A stretch of 60,000 nucleotides of DNA from Laetmonice hystrix (Eukaryota): positions 16,432,001-16,492,000 of the forward strand of contig OZ249436.1 in NCBI GenBank assembly GCA_965235115.1, given 5' to 3'. How positions within the stretch are numbered: the stretch's first letter is position 1; each line of letters opens with the position of its first letter. Under the pieces are notes generated by a model, which searched no databases, was not told the origin of the DNA, and worked only from the letters and a program-made list of their open reading frames with translations. Positions 1 through 11,859 of this stretch are shown piece by piece. The position numbers were made by a program, and so were the translations under genes.

Positions 1-85
1 CTCAGTGATGGTATCTGTTCAAACAAATATTGTTGTGTGTGAACAACTCGTCTCTGTTTGTCTGATTGAGTCTGATTGTACTTAC

Positions 86-198
86 ACATCCAGTAGGGCT
101 CTCTCCTCCTCTGTCACTCCCTTTGTGATCTGCTCAAACTCGTCCCATGGAATCCGGCGTGGGAAAGGCCGGTACCCATACTTGTGAGACAGGAACGT
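86..198 (-). CDS. NWD1/NWD2-like: NACHT/WD-repeat protein exon (TFLSHKYGYRPFPRRIPWDEFEQITKGVTEEERALLDV); gene continues beyond left edge
   Basis: cag acceptor at 201-199 and GTAAGT donor at 85-80. Joins in phase 0 to exon 570-686 to give GPNFV-TFLSHKYGYRPFP, the conserved NWD/DUF4062 motif. Confidence 0.88.
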
Positions 199-569
199 CT
201 GCCACAACAACAGAATTAAAGTGGTACCAAAAGTTCCTCAGATACTTACCGTTGAACCACAGGGGTACCATGTTAAAATTTCAGGTTCGAGCGATAAGCG
301 AAACATGAATTATGTTAGGATTCCGAGATAGGCCTACCCTACCGCCCATCCTCCCGTCCGTAAATACCTGAGGAACTTATGTTGTAACCCTTTAAATTTT
401 ACCTTCACCGCTTTGCTTCTGCCCGTCTTTGCCCCTGCCCCTGCCTTTTGCTCTGCCCCTTCCCTTTTGTTGCTTTTTTCTGCCCCTGCTTTGTCTGTCT
501 CATTACTGAGACATGCTTGGGGACCACTGCAGACACTGAGGTCAATCTCTGGCGTGAGACTAAACTGAC

Positions 570-686
570 CACGAAGTTGGGTCCGGTTGAGAGAGCCTGA
601 CAGGCCTGAAGTTCCCGCATACACAATTCTGTGGTTAGGTGGTCATCCTGCGCCTCCTCCCGAACGCCCCATCGCATGTCCACCAC
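570..686 (-). CDS. NWD1/NWD2-like: NWD-like exon (VVDMRWGVREEAQDDHLTTELCMRELQACQALSTGPNFV)
   Basis: ttgcag acceptor, GTCAGT donor, 117 nt, phase 0-0. VDMRWGV...H.T..LC..E...CQ..S.GPNF is the signature of the DUF4062 region of NWD proteins. Confidence 0.92.
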
Positions 687-888
687 CTGCAATGTCAGAA
701 TATAGAATTCGTCAAAATGAATCGAACTATTCAATTATCGCTGCAGTCAGTTTTTAAATGTTTAAACCAATACACAGGAGATAAACAAAGTTTTTGATTT
801 TGTAATGTCACATTATAATAAAATCTGCCGTACATACGATCTTATAGTTGGGCGTGGGTTTGATTTCAACAGTAACACGCCGATCTAC

Positions 889-974
889 CTGAAAGTCATA
901 TCCCAGATCCTGGCAGAAAGACTTGAGTGCCGGGTAGACACGCTCCATCAGGGCATTTCGCTCATGTTTCGTGT
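889..974 (-). CDS. NWD1/NWD2-like: NWD-like exon (D-TKHERNALMERVYPALKSFCQDLGYDFQ)
   Basis: ttgcag acceptor, GTAGAT donor, 86 nt, phase 1-0. Carries the ERNALM..VYP.L..FC...G..FQ motif. Confidence 0.9.
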
Positions 975-1189
975 CTGCAAGGGTGTGATCACGTATCAGA
1001 TCTCGGGGAAATAAAATTAATGGGCATCAGGCGCTAATCAGGCCTTGGGGAAATAACGATAATGGTAGTCAGGCCCTTGCCAGGCCCGGAGAAAAAAATG
1101 GGTTCCAGACCTCGGAAAAAATTGATATAAAGCCTTTACCGGACCCGGAGGAAACTGAAAAATAATGGGTATCAGACCCTAGCTTACCT

Positions 1190-1346
1190 GGTGCCCGTCT
1201 CACTAAAGGCTGGTTAATAGCCAGATCGTTAGGTTAACATAGGCGTGAATGGAAGGCTGCTGGTTACTGTAACCAGCAGCCTTCCATTCACTCCTATGTT
1301 AATTTAACGATCTGGTTATTAACCAGCCTTTAGTGAGACGGGCCCC
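1190..1346. mobile_element. Fully palindromic MITE (Harbinger-like, CWG target context)
   Basis: ggtgcccgtctcactaaaggctggttaa...ttaaccagcctttagtgagacgggcccc folds back over ~78 bp. ctg/cag context at the ends. Interrupts a degenerate intronic repeat (~1010-1400). Confidence 0.8.
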
Positions 1347-1549
1347 AGGCCCGGAGAAAATAAAGATAATGGGTATCAGGCCATTATCAGGCCCGAGGAA
1401 TACAGACCCCATGGTAAATAACAAGGGCATAATTTAAAAATGTTACTCTTATGGCGTTATGTCTCCGATAGGCACGGTTCCAACATAATATCGAATCGAT
1501 TCATACAGGGACTATCATGCATAGAGAGATTTATGACTGGTCCTCCCTG

Positions 1550-2012
1550 TTCGGTGCACCGAGGCAGTCTTACATAGTTAATGTGGCCGTACACAGAGGC
1601 AGTCTTACATAGTTAATGTGGCCGTACACCGAGGCAGTCTTACATACACTGAGGCAGTCTGGCATAGTTCTGCACTTTAATAGTTCTGTACCTTATTGTC
1701 ACCTTACACTGAGATAGTCTGACATAGTTCTGCACCTTAATGTGGCCGTGCACTGAGGCAGTCTGACATAGTTCTGTACCTTAATGTGGCCGTGCACTGA
1801 GGCAGTCTGACATAGTTCTGCACCTTAATGTGGCCGTACAGTGCGACAGTCTTACATAGTTCTGTACCTTATTGTCACCTTACACTGAGACAGTCTGACA
1901 TAGTTCTGCACCTTAATGTGGCGGTACACTGAGGCAGTCTTACATAGTTCTGTACCTTAATGTGGCCGTACACTGCGGCAGTCTTATAGTTCTATACATT
2001 AAAGTGGTCGTA
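1550..2012. repeat. Minisatellite, ~44-bp unit (intronic)
   Basis: Unit cactgaggcagtctgacatagttctgtaccttaatgtggccgtg. Confidence 0.9.
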
Positions 2013-2057
2013 CGGAGATTTCAAATTAATTGTTATGAGGTAAATAAGCGAACTTAC

Positions 2058-2162
2058 CTGTGAATGTAGAACTCGTGAATATCCGAACAATCTTGACATT
2101 ATCTTTACACTCGACTTTCGGATTGCCAAGTATCACCTGTTCATACATCCAAGGTGCATCGC
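2058..2162 (-). CDS. NWD1/NWD2-like: NWD-like exon (DAPWMYEQVILGNPKVECKDNVKIVRIFTSSTFT)
   Basis: tctcttgttgtag acceptor and GTAAGT donor, phase 1-1. RIFTSSTFT-D is the conserved start of DUF4062. An alternative acceptor at 2137 is possible. Confidence 0.85.
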
Positions 2163-2466
2163 CTACAACAAGAGACATGAATTCTCTAACAGCTAAGGCC
2201 CACCATCACATAGGAACAATAAGAAAAAGACTCAAATCATGAATGGAAATCAACCTGAACACATAGTTGGAATATGTCGAATGACAAAAACATGAAATCA
2301 ACAATTATCGGAGGATACTCTTTCACAAATAATCTCTATAATATTTTCATAATTTTATCGATATGCCGTTTTCGTCTTTGTCCTGTCATTGTTCCACCTT
2401 CCCAAGATAGGTTTACTTTTACATTCTACAGGAACATTATCCTAACGCGGATGGAATCAGCCTCAC

Positions 2467-2513
2467 CTGAAACATAGTCTTTGATCTCTCCACTAAATTC
2501 TTGATCACCAATG
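2467..2513 (-). CDS. Candidate upstream NWD exon (IGDQEFSGEIKDYVS)
   Basis: ctattccag acceptor and GTGAGG donor. 47 nt, open, and phase-compatible with exon 2058-2162. No motif support. Confidence 0.5.
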
Positions 2514-2537
2514 CTGGAATAGAGGAATTCATTTCAC

Positions 2538-2975
2538 ATTAATGTTTTAGATGTATGCTGTGTAGGCCTACATGATGTTATCACTATCTGTTAAAGTCGA
2601 GGTGGGGTTAAGTTGTTTAATGTTTTAGATGTATGCTGTGTAGGCCTACATGATGTTATCACTATCTGTTAAAGTCGAGGTGGGGTTAAGTTGTTTAATG
2701 TTTGAGATGTATGCTTTGTAGGCCTACATGATGTTATCACTATCTGTTAAAGTCGAGGTGGGGTTCCGTTGTTTAATGTTTGAGATGTATGCTGTGTAGG
2801 CCTACATGATGTTATCACTATCTGTTAAAGTCGAGGTGGGGTTCCGTTGTTTAATGTTTGAGATGTATGTTGTATAGGCCTACATGATGTTATCACTATC
2901 TGTTAAAGTCGAGGTGGGGTTCCGTTGTTTAATGTTTGAGATGTATGCTGTGTAGGCCTATGTTGTTATCACTAG
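2538..2975. repeat. Minisatellite, 78-bp unit, ~5.5 copies
   Basis: Unit aatgttttagatgtatgctgtgtaggcctacatg...gtcgaggtgggg. Confidence 0.92.
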
Positions 2976-2983
2976 CATACTGA

Positions 2984-3516
2984 TGCCTGGTACACACAAA
3001 GACGATTTTCCCTACGATGGTTCGTGCGATGCGATACTGCATCGCAGGAAAAATCGTCGTACGACGTACCCACGATGCACGTACGATGGCCGATTCCACT
3101 GATACGATCCATTTACGTTGGTCGTACGATGGTCGTACGATGCTCTTTACATGCAGAAAAATGACCCCAAAAATTATACTCAGGAGCCCTCTAGCGGAAG
3201 TTTATTGCAGCATCCTGCGACGTCGTAGATCCGTCCCATGACCACGTCACATGACTGTCATCACTTGGCTCCGCCTTTTGACGGCGGAAACTGATTTTCT
3301 TTCGGTGAGCACCGTCGCACGACGCTTGTAGGCACTGCGATAATATTCAATTGATTGAATAATGTCACAACAGCATTGGAACATCCTGCGACGATCGTAC
3401 GACCCCTGACTCCACTAATGCGATTTTTTTTTGCGTCGTGGCGGAAATCGTACGATTGTCTGATTTGTCGTAGGACCCTAAATCGCAGCGAAAATCGCCT
3501 TATTGTGTACCAGGCA
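2984..3516. mobile_element. PIF/Harbinger-like MITE inserted in last unit of 78-bp minisatellite
   Basis: TIR tgcctggtacaca/tgtgtaccaggca with flanks TGA/TTA. The repeat unit resumes after the element (gttaaagtcgaggcggggttccgttg). Confidence 0.8.
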
Positions 3517-4162
3517 TTACTCCGTTAAAGTCGAGGCGGGGTTCCGTTGACTGTTGTTTTTTAAATTAAATTTTCTTTAGTCGACTGATTTCATAGTAGG
3601 TTTACGACCAGACCTTCATTTACCTTTTATTACCATTTTAATTTATCAAACTTTCAACCAGTGTATGTTGTAGGCCTACTTGCAATCATCGTGCATTTGT
3701 ATCTGTCAAAGTATTAGTAAAAAGTGAATATACATGTACTATAACAATCACAAAAATATACACATTGCGACGGCTGACACCAGAATGTGGTTTTGCCCAC
3801 AAGCAAGAAAGTGGGGTGAAAAGGTGACCTAAAGAAAAATAAAGTAAAGATCTATGATCAATAAAAACAACGTCTCAGGTGAGGATTGTGTGAACAAAGT
3901 GTCCTGACTGTGGCAGGCAACGTTTGTATAGGCACCTACGTGTGTGTGTGGCAGTGTATTTCTACCTAGGTGCAGACTCTCTCCTTGGTATATCGTAAAA
4001 TATAGGCTTTTTCAGGGAAAGAGCTCAGAAACCTATAACTATAATGGCTGGCAAAGCTATATAGGCCTAGATATACATCTAAATTGTGTAACATTAACAT
4101 AATGGAATCAGGCTTTCAGCAAATAGCGTGCAAATTCACAAATTCAAGAAGAATTGTCTTAC

Positions 4163-4198
4163 CCTGACTTATCAGCTATCTGCTGACCTGATGACTGT
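4163..4198 (-). CDS. Candidate 36-nt upstream NWD micro-exon (QSSGQQIADKS)
   Basis: ctttttctgtag acceptor and GTAAGA donor. Phase 2-2 and open in the frame joining 2467-2513. Confidence 0.4.
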
Positions 4199-4410
4199 CT
4201 ACAGAAAAAGTCGGAAACTTAAGTCCGTAATCTTAACTTCTGTGTATAATTATGGGAGTTCAAGTTTACAGAGTGAAAGTGTGCACTGGCCTACCCAAGG
4301 CCCGGAGCCACTTCCAAAGGGGTGGGTCAGAAAAGTGGACCTTTTTCACTGTTATTTTATAAAAAGTGAACATTTTGGGTGAAAATAGACGTAGGCCAAC
4401 AACCAGGGCT

Positions 4411-5100
4411 TCCATTGACGGCGTTCCCTCCCCCACAATACAGTCCATGGGGAACCATTGACAGCGTCCCCTCTCCCACAAGACAGTCCATGGGGAACCA
4501 TTGACGGCGTCCCCTCTCCCGCAAGACAGTACATGGGGAACCATTGACAGCGTCCCCTCCCCCACAAGACAGTCCATGGGGAACCATTGACGGCGTCCCC
4601 TCCCCCACAAGACAGTCCATGGAGAACCATTGACAGCGTCCCCTCCCCCACAAGACAGTCCATGGGGAACCATTGACGGCGTCCCCTCCCCCACAAGACA
4701 GTACATGGGGAACCATTGACAGCGTCCCCTCTCCCACAAGACAGTCCATGGGGAACCATTGACGGCGTCCCCTCTCCCACAAGACAGTCCATGGGGAACC
4801 ATTGACGGCGTCCCCTCTCCCACAAGACAGTACATGGGGAACCATTGATGGTGTCCCCTCCCCCACAAGACAGTCCATGGGGAACTATTGACAGCGTCCC
4901 CTCTCCCACAAGACAGTCCATGGTGAACCATTGATGGTGTCCCCTCCCCCACAAGACAGTCCATGGGGAACCATTGACGGCGTCCCCTCTCCCACAAGAC
5001 AGTCCATGGGGAACCATTGACGGCGTCCCCTCTCCCACAAGACAGTCCATGGGGAACAACTGACAGCGTCCCCTCCCCCACAAGAAAGTCCATGGGGAAC
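4411..5100. repeat. Minisatellite, 43-bp unit, ~16 copies
   Basis: Unit ccatggggaaccattgacggcgtcccctctcccacaagacagt. Confidence 0.95.
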
Positions 5101-5727
5101 CCGATAGATGACGTTACTGCGGTGTGACTGCTATGGTTGGCCACCGCCCATAGAAATAAACACGCTATAGATCCCGACAGCAAAATGATTGCATTAATTC
5201 TTACAAGCTTCAAACAGATTTCGCATGCTGAAATCGGTGTAATATTGAATGGGATGAGATCATTTTAATTAGGGGCCTATAGTTTTTTCGTCTCCAAATG
5301 CTTTAGCATTATGAGGATCACAGGTAAGACACATGGCGCCGCCTGGAGGCAAGGTTGTCAGCACAGAACCCCATATCGCCCACTGTTGTGGTTGTCATCC
5401 GTGTCCACCTGACCTGTCAACACAGATCAACCCCATGTCGCCCAAGTTACAGTATTAGAGAGTGCTGTATTTCGACCTACCGAATGGTTGCCCGCTGGGC
5501 TGGTTCGCTTCTCCCATCGATACTCGGTACGCTGCTGCTGGTTCCCATCTCAGCTGGCGACCCCGTTATGACACGTCATCACAGTCCCCAGGTCCTCAGT
5601 CTCCGTATCCAACGACGCTTGTTGGCATGTTTTGCAGTGATCACCTGAAAGCTGGCGCCACCTCACGTATTTTTACAAACCCTGCTGACAGCCCTAGCGG
5701 AGATCTGGAACATAGGCCTAGAGTCCA

Positions 5728-6241
5728 TACCTCGCGAGTCGGCAATCTCCGGTCAGTGCAGTTGGGTTGGGGTGAGGGAAGGTCTACCTGCTCGAGTCGG
5801 CCATCTCTGGTCAGTGCAGTCGGGTTGGGGAGGGAAGGTCTACTTGCTCGAGCCGGCTATCTCTCTGGTCAGTGTAGTCGGGGTGGTTGAGGGAAGGGCT
5901 ACCTGCTCGAGTCGGCCATCTCTGGTCAGTGCAGTCGGGGTGGGTGAGGGAAGGTCTACCTGCTCGAGTCGGCCATCTCTGGTCAGTGCAGTCGGGGTGG
6001 GTGAGGGAAGGTCTACCTGCTCGAGTCGGCCATCTCTGGTCAGTGCAGTCGGGGTGGGTGAGGGAAGGTCTACCTGCTCGAGTCGGCCATCTCTGGTCAG
6101 TGCAGTCGGGGTGGGTGAGGGAAGGTCTACCTGCTCGAGTCGGCCATCTCTGGTCAGTGCAGTTGGGTTGGGGTGAGGGAAGGTCTACCTGCTCGAGCCG
6201 GCTGGTCAGTGTAGTCGGGGTGGGTAAGGGTAGGTCTACCT
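5728..6241. repeat. Minisatellite, 57-bp unit, ~9 copies
   Basis: Unit acctgctcgagtcggccatctctggtcagtgcagtcggggtgggtgagggaaggtct. Confidence 0.93.
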
Positions 6242-7429
6242 CCTCAGTCGAGACGGCAATCTCCGAGGGTGAGGGTAGGCCTACTTGGGCTTCCAAGCAG
6301 CGCAATGTAGTCGTTGGGCCTGACCCAGCTCCGAACTATTGAGCTTGTAGGGTTGCCCCTATGGGTTGGTTAGTTGGTAGGCCTACCGTCTGGGGGCAAT
6401 CATAGTGGTTTTAATTATTAAGCTAGGCATAGACTAGGCCTAACGACACAACTCGCTGATGGCAGGCTGTGTGGGCAAGATCGGGCTGACCATTCTCTTG
6501 ATCTTCTGAAGGCGTAGGCCTGTACGTTCCAGGGGACTAGAAACGAGGACTAGAGTATCATTATGTGGTACAGTGTTTCAGTGGGTGTTAATCAGTGCAC
6601 TAATCTTTAGGTACTTCAGAGATGGCCATTAGGCCTTTGTATCTCTGGGAAATTAAAAAAAAAAAAAGACATCAAATAATGCAATCTCGGGACATCTTGT
6701 GTGGAAATATGAAGGTTTCCTTTGGTTAAACTAATGCATTTTACACCCCCCTTTTTTCTTTTTACCAGAATGTCAGAATGTAATTTTTTAAGGAGGGGGG
6801 GGGGGGTTCCGGGATACTTGGAAACCCCCCTGGATACGCCACTGTCATGATATAGGCAGAGTCCTGCAGAACGCATATTACTGCTCTCAACTGTGCCCTG
6901 GAGACACTCGTATGTGGCCACCTGACCCCCAGGAGTTGAGCTAGCATGAATACCCGACCACCAGTCCTCCAGTCCGTAGAGGCCTCTAGCGACGAGCGGC
7001 CTCTTTTTCTAGCGGGAAAAGGGGTTTCCATGCGTTCTTTTCAGTCTGAGTTTCGGTTCTTGCCTAAAACGCATGCTATAACACGCCCATATTGGAAACT
7101 CTGGATCCGCCCCTGATAGGCCTATAGTCTTGAGGCACAGGTTAAACATCTCAAGCAGATTTTGTCGCTACTTTAGTTAAAAGCTACTCGAGTTGAAGCC
7201 GAGTTGGAATACATCGCGGTATCTTGAAGCAGGTCGACTTTATAATCAAGCGTCTAAGCATGTTCACTGTGAACAGTTACTTATGCCAGTGGAGGCCACC
7301 TGTTAATTCGAGACCGCATCGCAATTCATTCCACGGAGGTTACGTCAAAGGCTTTCTGGGTCGGCGTTGTGCCAGGAAAGTCAAACAGTTAGATGTCCGT
7401 GGATAATGATGAAATCTTTAGTTTAGGAA

Positions 7430-7575
7430 ATATCAGCACCAGGGGAGTGGGATATATCAGCACCAGGACAGTAGGATATATCAGCACCAGGGCAGTAGGA
7501 TATATCAGCACCAGCGGTGTAGGATATATCAGCACCAGGGGGTGAAAAAAAAGATATATCAACACCAAGGGTGTA
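7430..7575. repeat. Minisatellite, 24-bp unit
   Basis: Unit atatcagcaccagggcagtaggat. Confidence 0.85.
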
Positions 7576-7694
7576 GGTCCAGGTTATTCAACAAGATCCG
7601 AGTGGTGGTCACATAACCGAATCGAGCGCGACCACCCCTCAATAACATTACTGAATACACCAAAGAAGGAGGCCAAGAGTCTGCAAATTAAAAA

Positions 7695-8135
7695 CACTTT
7701 GGTTAATCTAACCAAAATATTGGTTAAATTTAACCAATTTAATACGTTGGTTAACAACCAATCCTGATTGGTTGGCTCAAATGATAATATACAGACTGCT
7801 TTTACAAAGGAGTTAATAATTATGTTCTCTAGCGTCCAAAGATAGTGTTTCCATGAGCAATGGCAACAGATCCCACTTATATAGGCCCGGGTTTGACATA
7901 ACACTACTCATTATCACAAAGACTGTATTCATATTATTGTTAAGTTGCACGGTTTCATAAGTCGACTCTCATAGGTACATGTATATGACACTTCGGGGTA
8001 TATAAAGAAAGGGACAGGTGACAGTCATCACGTGACCACTGTGCTGGTTATCCAGTAACCAATCACATTGGTTGTTAATCGCAACTAATGTGATTGGTTC
8101 CCCAATAACGAACGTATTGGTTGCAACTTAACCAC
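7695..8135. mobile_element. Degenerate MITE with clustered ttggtt/aaccaa palindromes at both ends
   Basis: Short palindromic subterminal motifs at 7699-7775 and 8055-8135. Termini and TSD unclear. Confidence 0.35.
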
Positions 8136-8140
8136 ATTTT

Positions 8141-8390
8141 TGGTGTGGCCGGGTGGTCTAAGGTGTTGGTTCATGACACCTTGGACCATCGTCTCACACC
8201 ACTGCGATCCGGGTTCGATCCCCGGCCAGCGCTGCATGTGTGAAAGGTTTGTCAGGCAGTCAGTGGTTTTCTCCGGGTACTCCGGTTTCCTCCGCCAAGA
8301 AAAACTGACTTTCATCATCATCTTCACCGCCGTGATATGACCCTGGCTGTTGCTAGGCGTAAAACCCCAAATACCTACCCTACCCTACCC
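8141..8390 (+). mobile_element. tRNA-derived SINE with V-domain-like core
   Basis: A box tggccgggtgg, B box ggttcgatccc, core ggttttctccgggtactccggtttcctcc and (ctacc)n tail. Homologous to 58113-58357. Confidence 0.85.
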
Positions 8391-9108
8391 TTCTCGCCAG
8401 GGCCCCATCAAATTTTTAGAGGCAGACCATCAAACATCAAGGAAGTATTGAGGAGAGAGGCAATTTCATAACTGGATTATTGTGGCAGGGTTCAATTAAA
8501 GCCGACTATAAATAGCCCCCACCTCGTTTTGTGTTTAAAATATAACTGAAATTGAAAAAGAAATTGAATCCATGCGGCCAATTTAATCGTCTATAGGCCT
8601 ATGTACAATATTAAGCCTCCTCGGCGTCAACCTCTACTGTCCATATAGGTCGAGGACGAATTTGGCGATCTTCCAGTTGGTATTTTTTGTAGGCGTACGA
8701 GTGGAGCCAGCTGCATAGAAAGAAACTGACCTGGTTGTGACGTGAAGCGGTTAGTTTAGGTTCACTGTTCTGACACTTGTGGGCTCCATGGTCTCTGTAC
8801 CTATACGGATACCTGTAGACTGACAGAGGCGGCAGCGACCGGTCGGCCGTCAGCACGGACACAGGTGTGAATTAAGGCGTCCAGTATTAACTCAGGTGTG
8901 AATTAAGGTAAGAAAGCCGACCGGCAGATCTTCTATCGTAACATATCCCCGACATTTGTGGGTAGAAATATTCCCCGCTCTACCCTTAACCCGTTTATTC
9001 CCCCATGGTAACTTCCCCACAACATTTTTGGGGAGGGGTTCTGGATAAGGTCAGGGATAGGGATAGGATGTGGATATGTTTTTGGGAGGTGGAGGGACAG
9101 AGGAGCTA

Positions 9109-9511
9109 CCCTGATAGCACACAAACGTTGGTACAACTTTGGGCCAACGTCAGCAGCTACGTTGGGCCAACGTCAGATGCAAACGTTGGACCAACGTCAT
9201 TTTACTTATTGGGCCCATGTTGGGCCACCAGATGGGCGAACGTTGAACCAGGCCATTGGCCCAACGTCTCATACCAACGCTGGGCCAACTTCAGGCCCAA
9301 CTTTTGGACAAACGACATTTTGCTCATTGGGCCCACGTTGGGCTAACGTTGAACCAGCCCATTGGCCCAACGTCAGGCCAACGTGCTTACAAACGTTGAG
9401 CCACCGTCTAATACCAACGCTGGGCCAACGTCAAATGCCCGACGTTGGACCAACGACATTTTGCTCATTCGGCCCACCAGTTGGGCCAACGTGTGGCACG
9501 TCCTTCCTGGG
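9109..9511. mobile_element. Non-autonomous CCC...GGG element (EnSpm/CMC-like) packed with ccaacg/cgttgg palindromes
   Basis: Ends ccctgatagcacaca ... cctggg, with many internal ttgggccaacgt motifs. Confidence 0.6.
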
Positions 9512-10664
9512 TTCCTACAAGGGCACTCCAGTCCGAGCTAATTTAAATAGACTCCCAAAGAAAATCTTGGCTCAGGCAGAACCATTTCGTGGGCACGCTC
9601 TAGTATCTCCTGTGCCAGTTAAGCACTGACGCTTAACACCTAAACCCACTCGGCACTACCTCTACTGACTGACGTCATGTCTCGGCTGTACGACGAAGGT
9701 CGCCATGTTGGGGTGGGGGTGGGGGTGGGGGTGGGGGTGCATGGGGTGGGTGGGTGGCCAGGTCGAGACCACTTGCCCGGATGTAGACAACAACAAACTC
9801 GCGCGGTGCCGCCGTGCAAAAAAAACCAACTCCCCTGTGTCGGTCTTTACAGAGTTACAATAACTGGCTTTCCTCCCAGGTGAAGAAGATACTGTTTTGT
9901 GTCCACGGTAGAAATTTCGAGAAGGATGCATGTTAAGAAATTAGATTTGAACTAGGCCTATTTACTGCTGTGTTTATGCGCGATGCCGCCTCACTGGGTT
10001 TTGCGCAAATCCTGGGGAAATGGCCGCTTCATACATCTGAAGCCTGCTTCACCTCCGGATATGAACTAGAAACAGCCAATCAGAAGCAGCGTCGGTGTTC
10101 CGAGTGCACCCAAACCCATTCTCACGCTCGAGTCCTTTCGGCAATCTTCGGCAATCTTCGTTCGTGCGAGGAAAGCACTCTCACAGATTACATATCATGC
10201 ATTAGGATTAGGAGCATCCACGCCACCTCACTCGTTAGCTTACTACGCCATTGACATAAAGTAGTCCTAGGCCTATCGAAGAGGGGCGTCAAGCAGTGAT
10301 ATTTCTTTATTTAAACTTACGCTAGCGTGGTTGTCTTTCGATTAACCACCGGTTCGGCTAGTGTCACGGGGAAATCCGCCATATAGCTTCTCAAAAGAAA
10401 TAGGCCTAGTTCGGCAAGCGGTGCCTGGTCCCCTGCGGCTTACCCACGATCCCGTGCAGGATCTGTGAGCGTTCATTTCAGCAAATGGGCGCGAATGTGA
10501 GCGTGCACCCAAACCCTGTCGTCACTATTAATGTTTCCCGTCGGAAATCCAAATTGGTGTTTTCTATATAGGGCTGTTTAAAAACAAAATATAATCTCTA
10601 CGTCCCTATCTTGTTCTTTTCATAATCAAAGAAAAAATCAAACGAATGATGTTGCATGGATGTT

Positions 10665-10938
10665 TCAACCGGATTCCAACAAAAGGGTGGCAATAGTACT
10701 GACTAAATGCCAACATTGGGCCAACGTGGGTGTTCCAACCAGGTTCCAACCACGAGGGTGCTGACTGAGTTGACTATATACAAACGTCGGGCCAACGTAG
10801 TTCTTTCCAACCGGGAGAGGATGGCAGTAGTAATGACTGATTGCCAACGTTGGGCCAACGTGAATGTTCCAACTGCGGCGGTGGCGACAGTGCCGACCAA
10901 ATACCAACGTTGATCCAACGTATATGTGTTATATGGGA
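10665..10938 (-). mobile_element. Fragment of a family related to 9109-9511
   Basis: Same ccaacgttgggccaacg motifs. The end gtgttatatggg is similar to the reverse complement of ccctgatagcac. Confidence 0.45.
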
Positions 10939-11042
10939 TGTAGACCCGATTTTGTGGGAATGTGATTATGTGATTATAGGGGAGTAACAAGGCTGGCCTG
11001 ATAATCGACGTCAGGTCGGTCTATACATAGTGAACCTGTAGG

Positions 11043-11407
11043 CAGGCCCGTAGCCAGCCTTCCAGGTGGGGGGGGGGGGGGGGGGGGGCTGGACTTCGAT
11101 GGGCGGAACAGGGTATGGTTGGGCGATCTAGGACAGGGCTGTAGCTAGAAATTTATGAGTGGGGGGGGGGGCAGTCATGGGTGGATCCAGGAGAAGGCGA
11201 AGGCTCGAAGACATGAGCGGGGGTCTGGGGGCCCTCCCCCAGAAGAAAATGGAAATTACAGGGCCAAACACGCGTTTTCTTGGCATCTGGGAAATAAATC
11301 CAAGGTTTCCCAGAGCCTATCCAGCACTAAAGGGTGGAACAAAATCTTAGGGATGGGCAACTGGGGGGGGGGGGGGGGGGTCCCCCAACCCCCTGGCTAC
11401 GGGCCTG
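11043..11407. mobile_element. hAT-like G-rich MITE with 6-bp TSD
   Basis: Perfect 15-bp TIR caggcccgtagccag/ctggctacgggcctg. TSD tgtagg at 11037-11042 and 11408-11413. Internal cagggctgtagctagaaattt is also seen at ~20272. Confidence 0.85.
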
Positions 11408-11859
11408 TGTAGGCGAGCTCGCCTCACAATCTCTTCACTGTCACTGCGGCCTTATCTTGGTGCATGTCATGGTATGTTATCGTGGGCGGCAGAACCGGTC
11501 GGGGGGATGACGTCATATGCACCATTGTTCTGCTGATCAGGTAGCGTGGAGGGCATGCTGTATCAAGTAGGCCTATACGGCTATAGTTCGAGGGTCAGTC
11601 AAGAGGCGGAAGTGACGGAAAGCGAGAATGTATGTACAGTAATAGAACAGTTAGGGCCCGCCTACACTAAGCCGATCCTTGGTAGCCGATCACCCGACCA
11701 TTGCTACACTACCTGACCGACCAACCGAACTCCACCCGATCACCCGATCACCAAAGTTCGGGTGAAGATCGGCTCAGTGTAACAGGGGCTTAGGATGAGG
11801 ATCTCTTTCCCATTCCTCTTTCTCCTCCTCCCGACCTGTTGCATGAGGATTGTCTTGAT

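Noticed and set aside
8731..8789. First coding exon of the NWD gene (ATG...AG|GTCAGT, phase 2)
   Set aside because: There is an in-frame TAA at codon 13, so it is at best a UTR exon.
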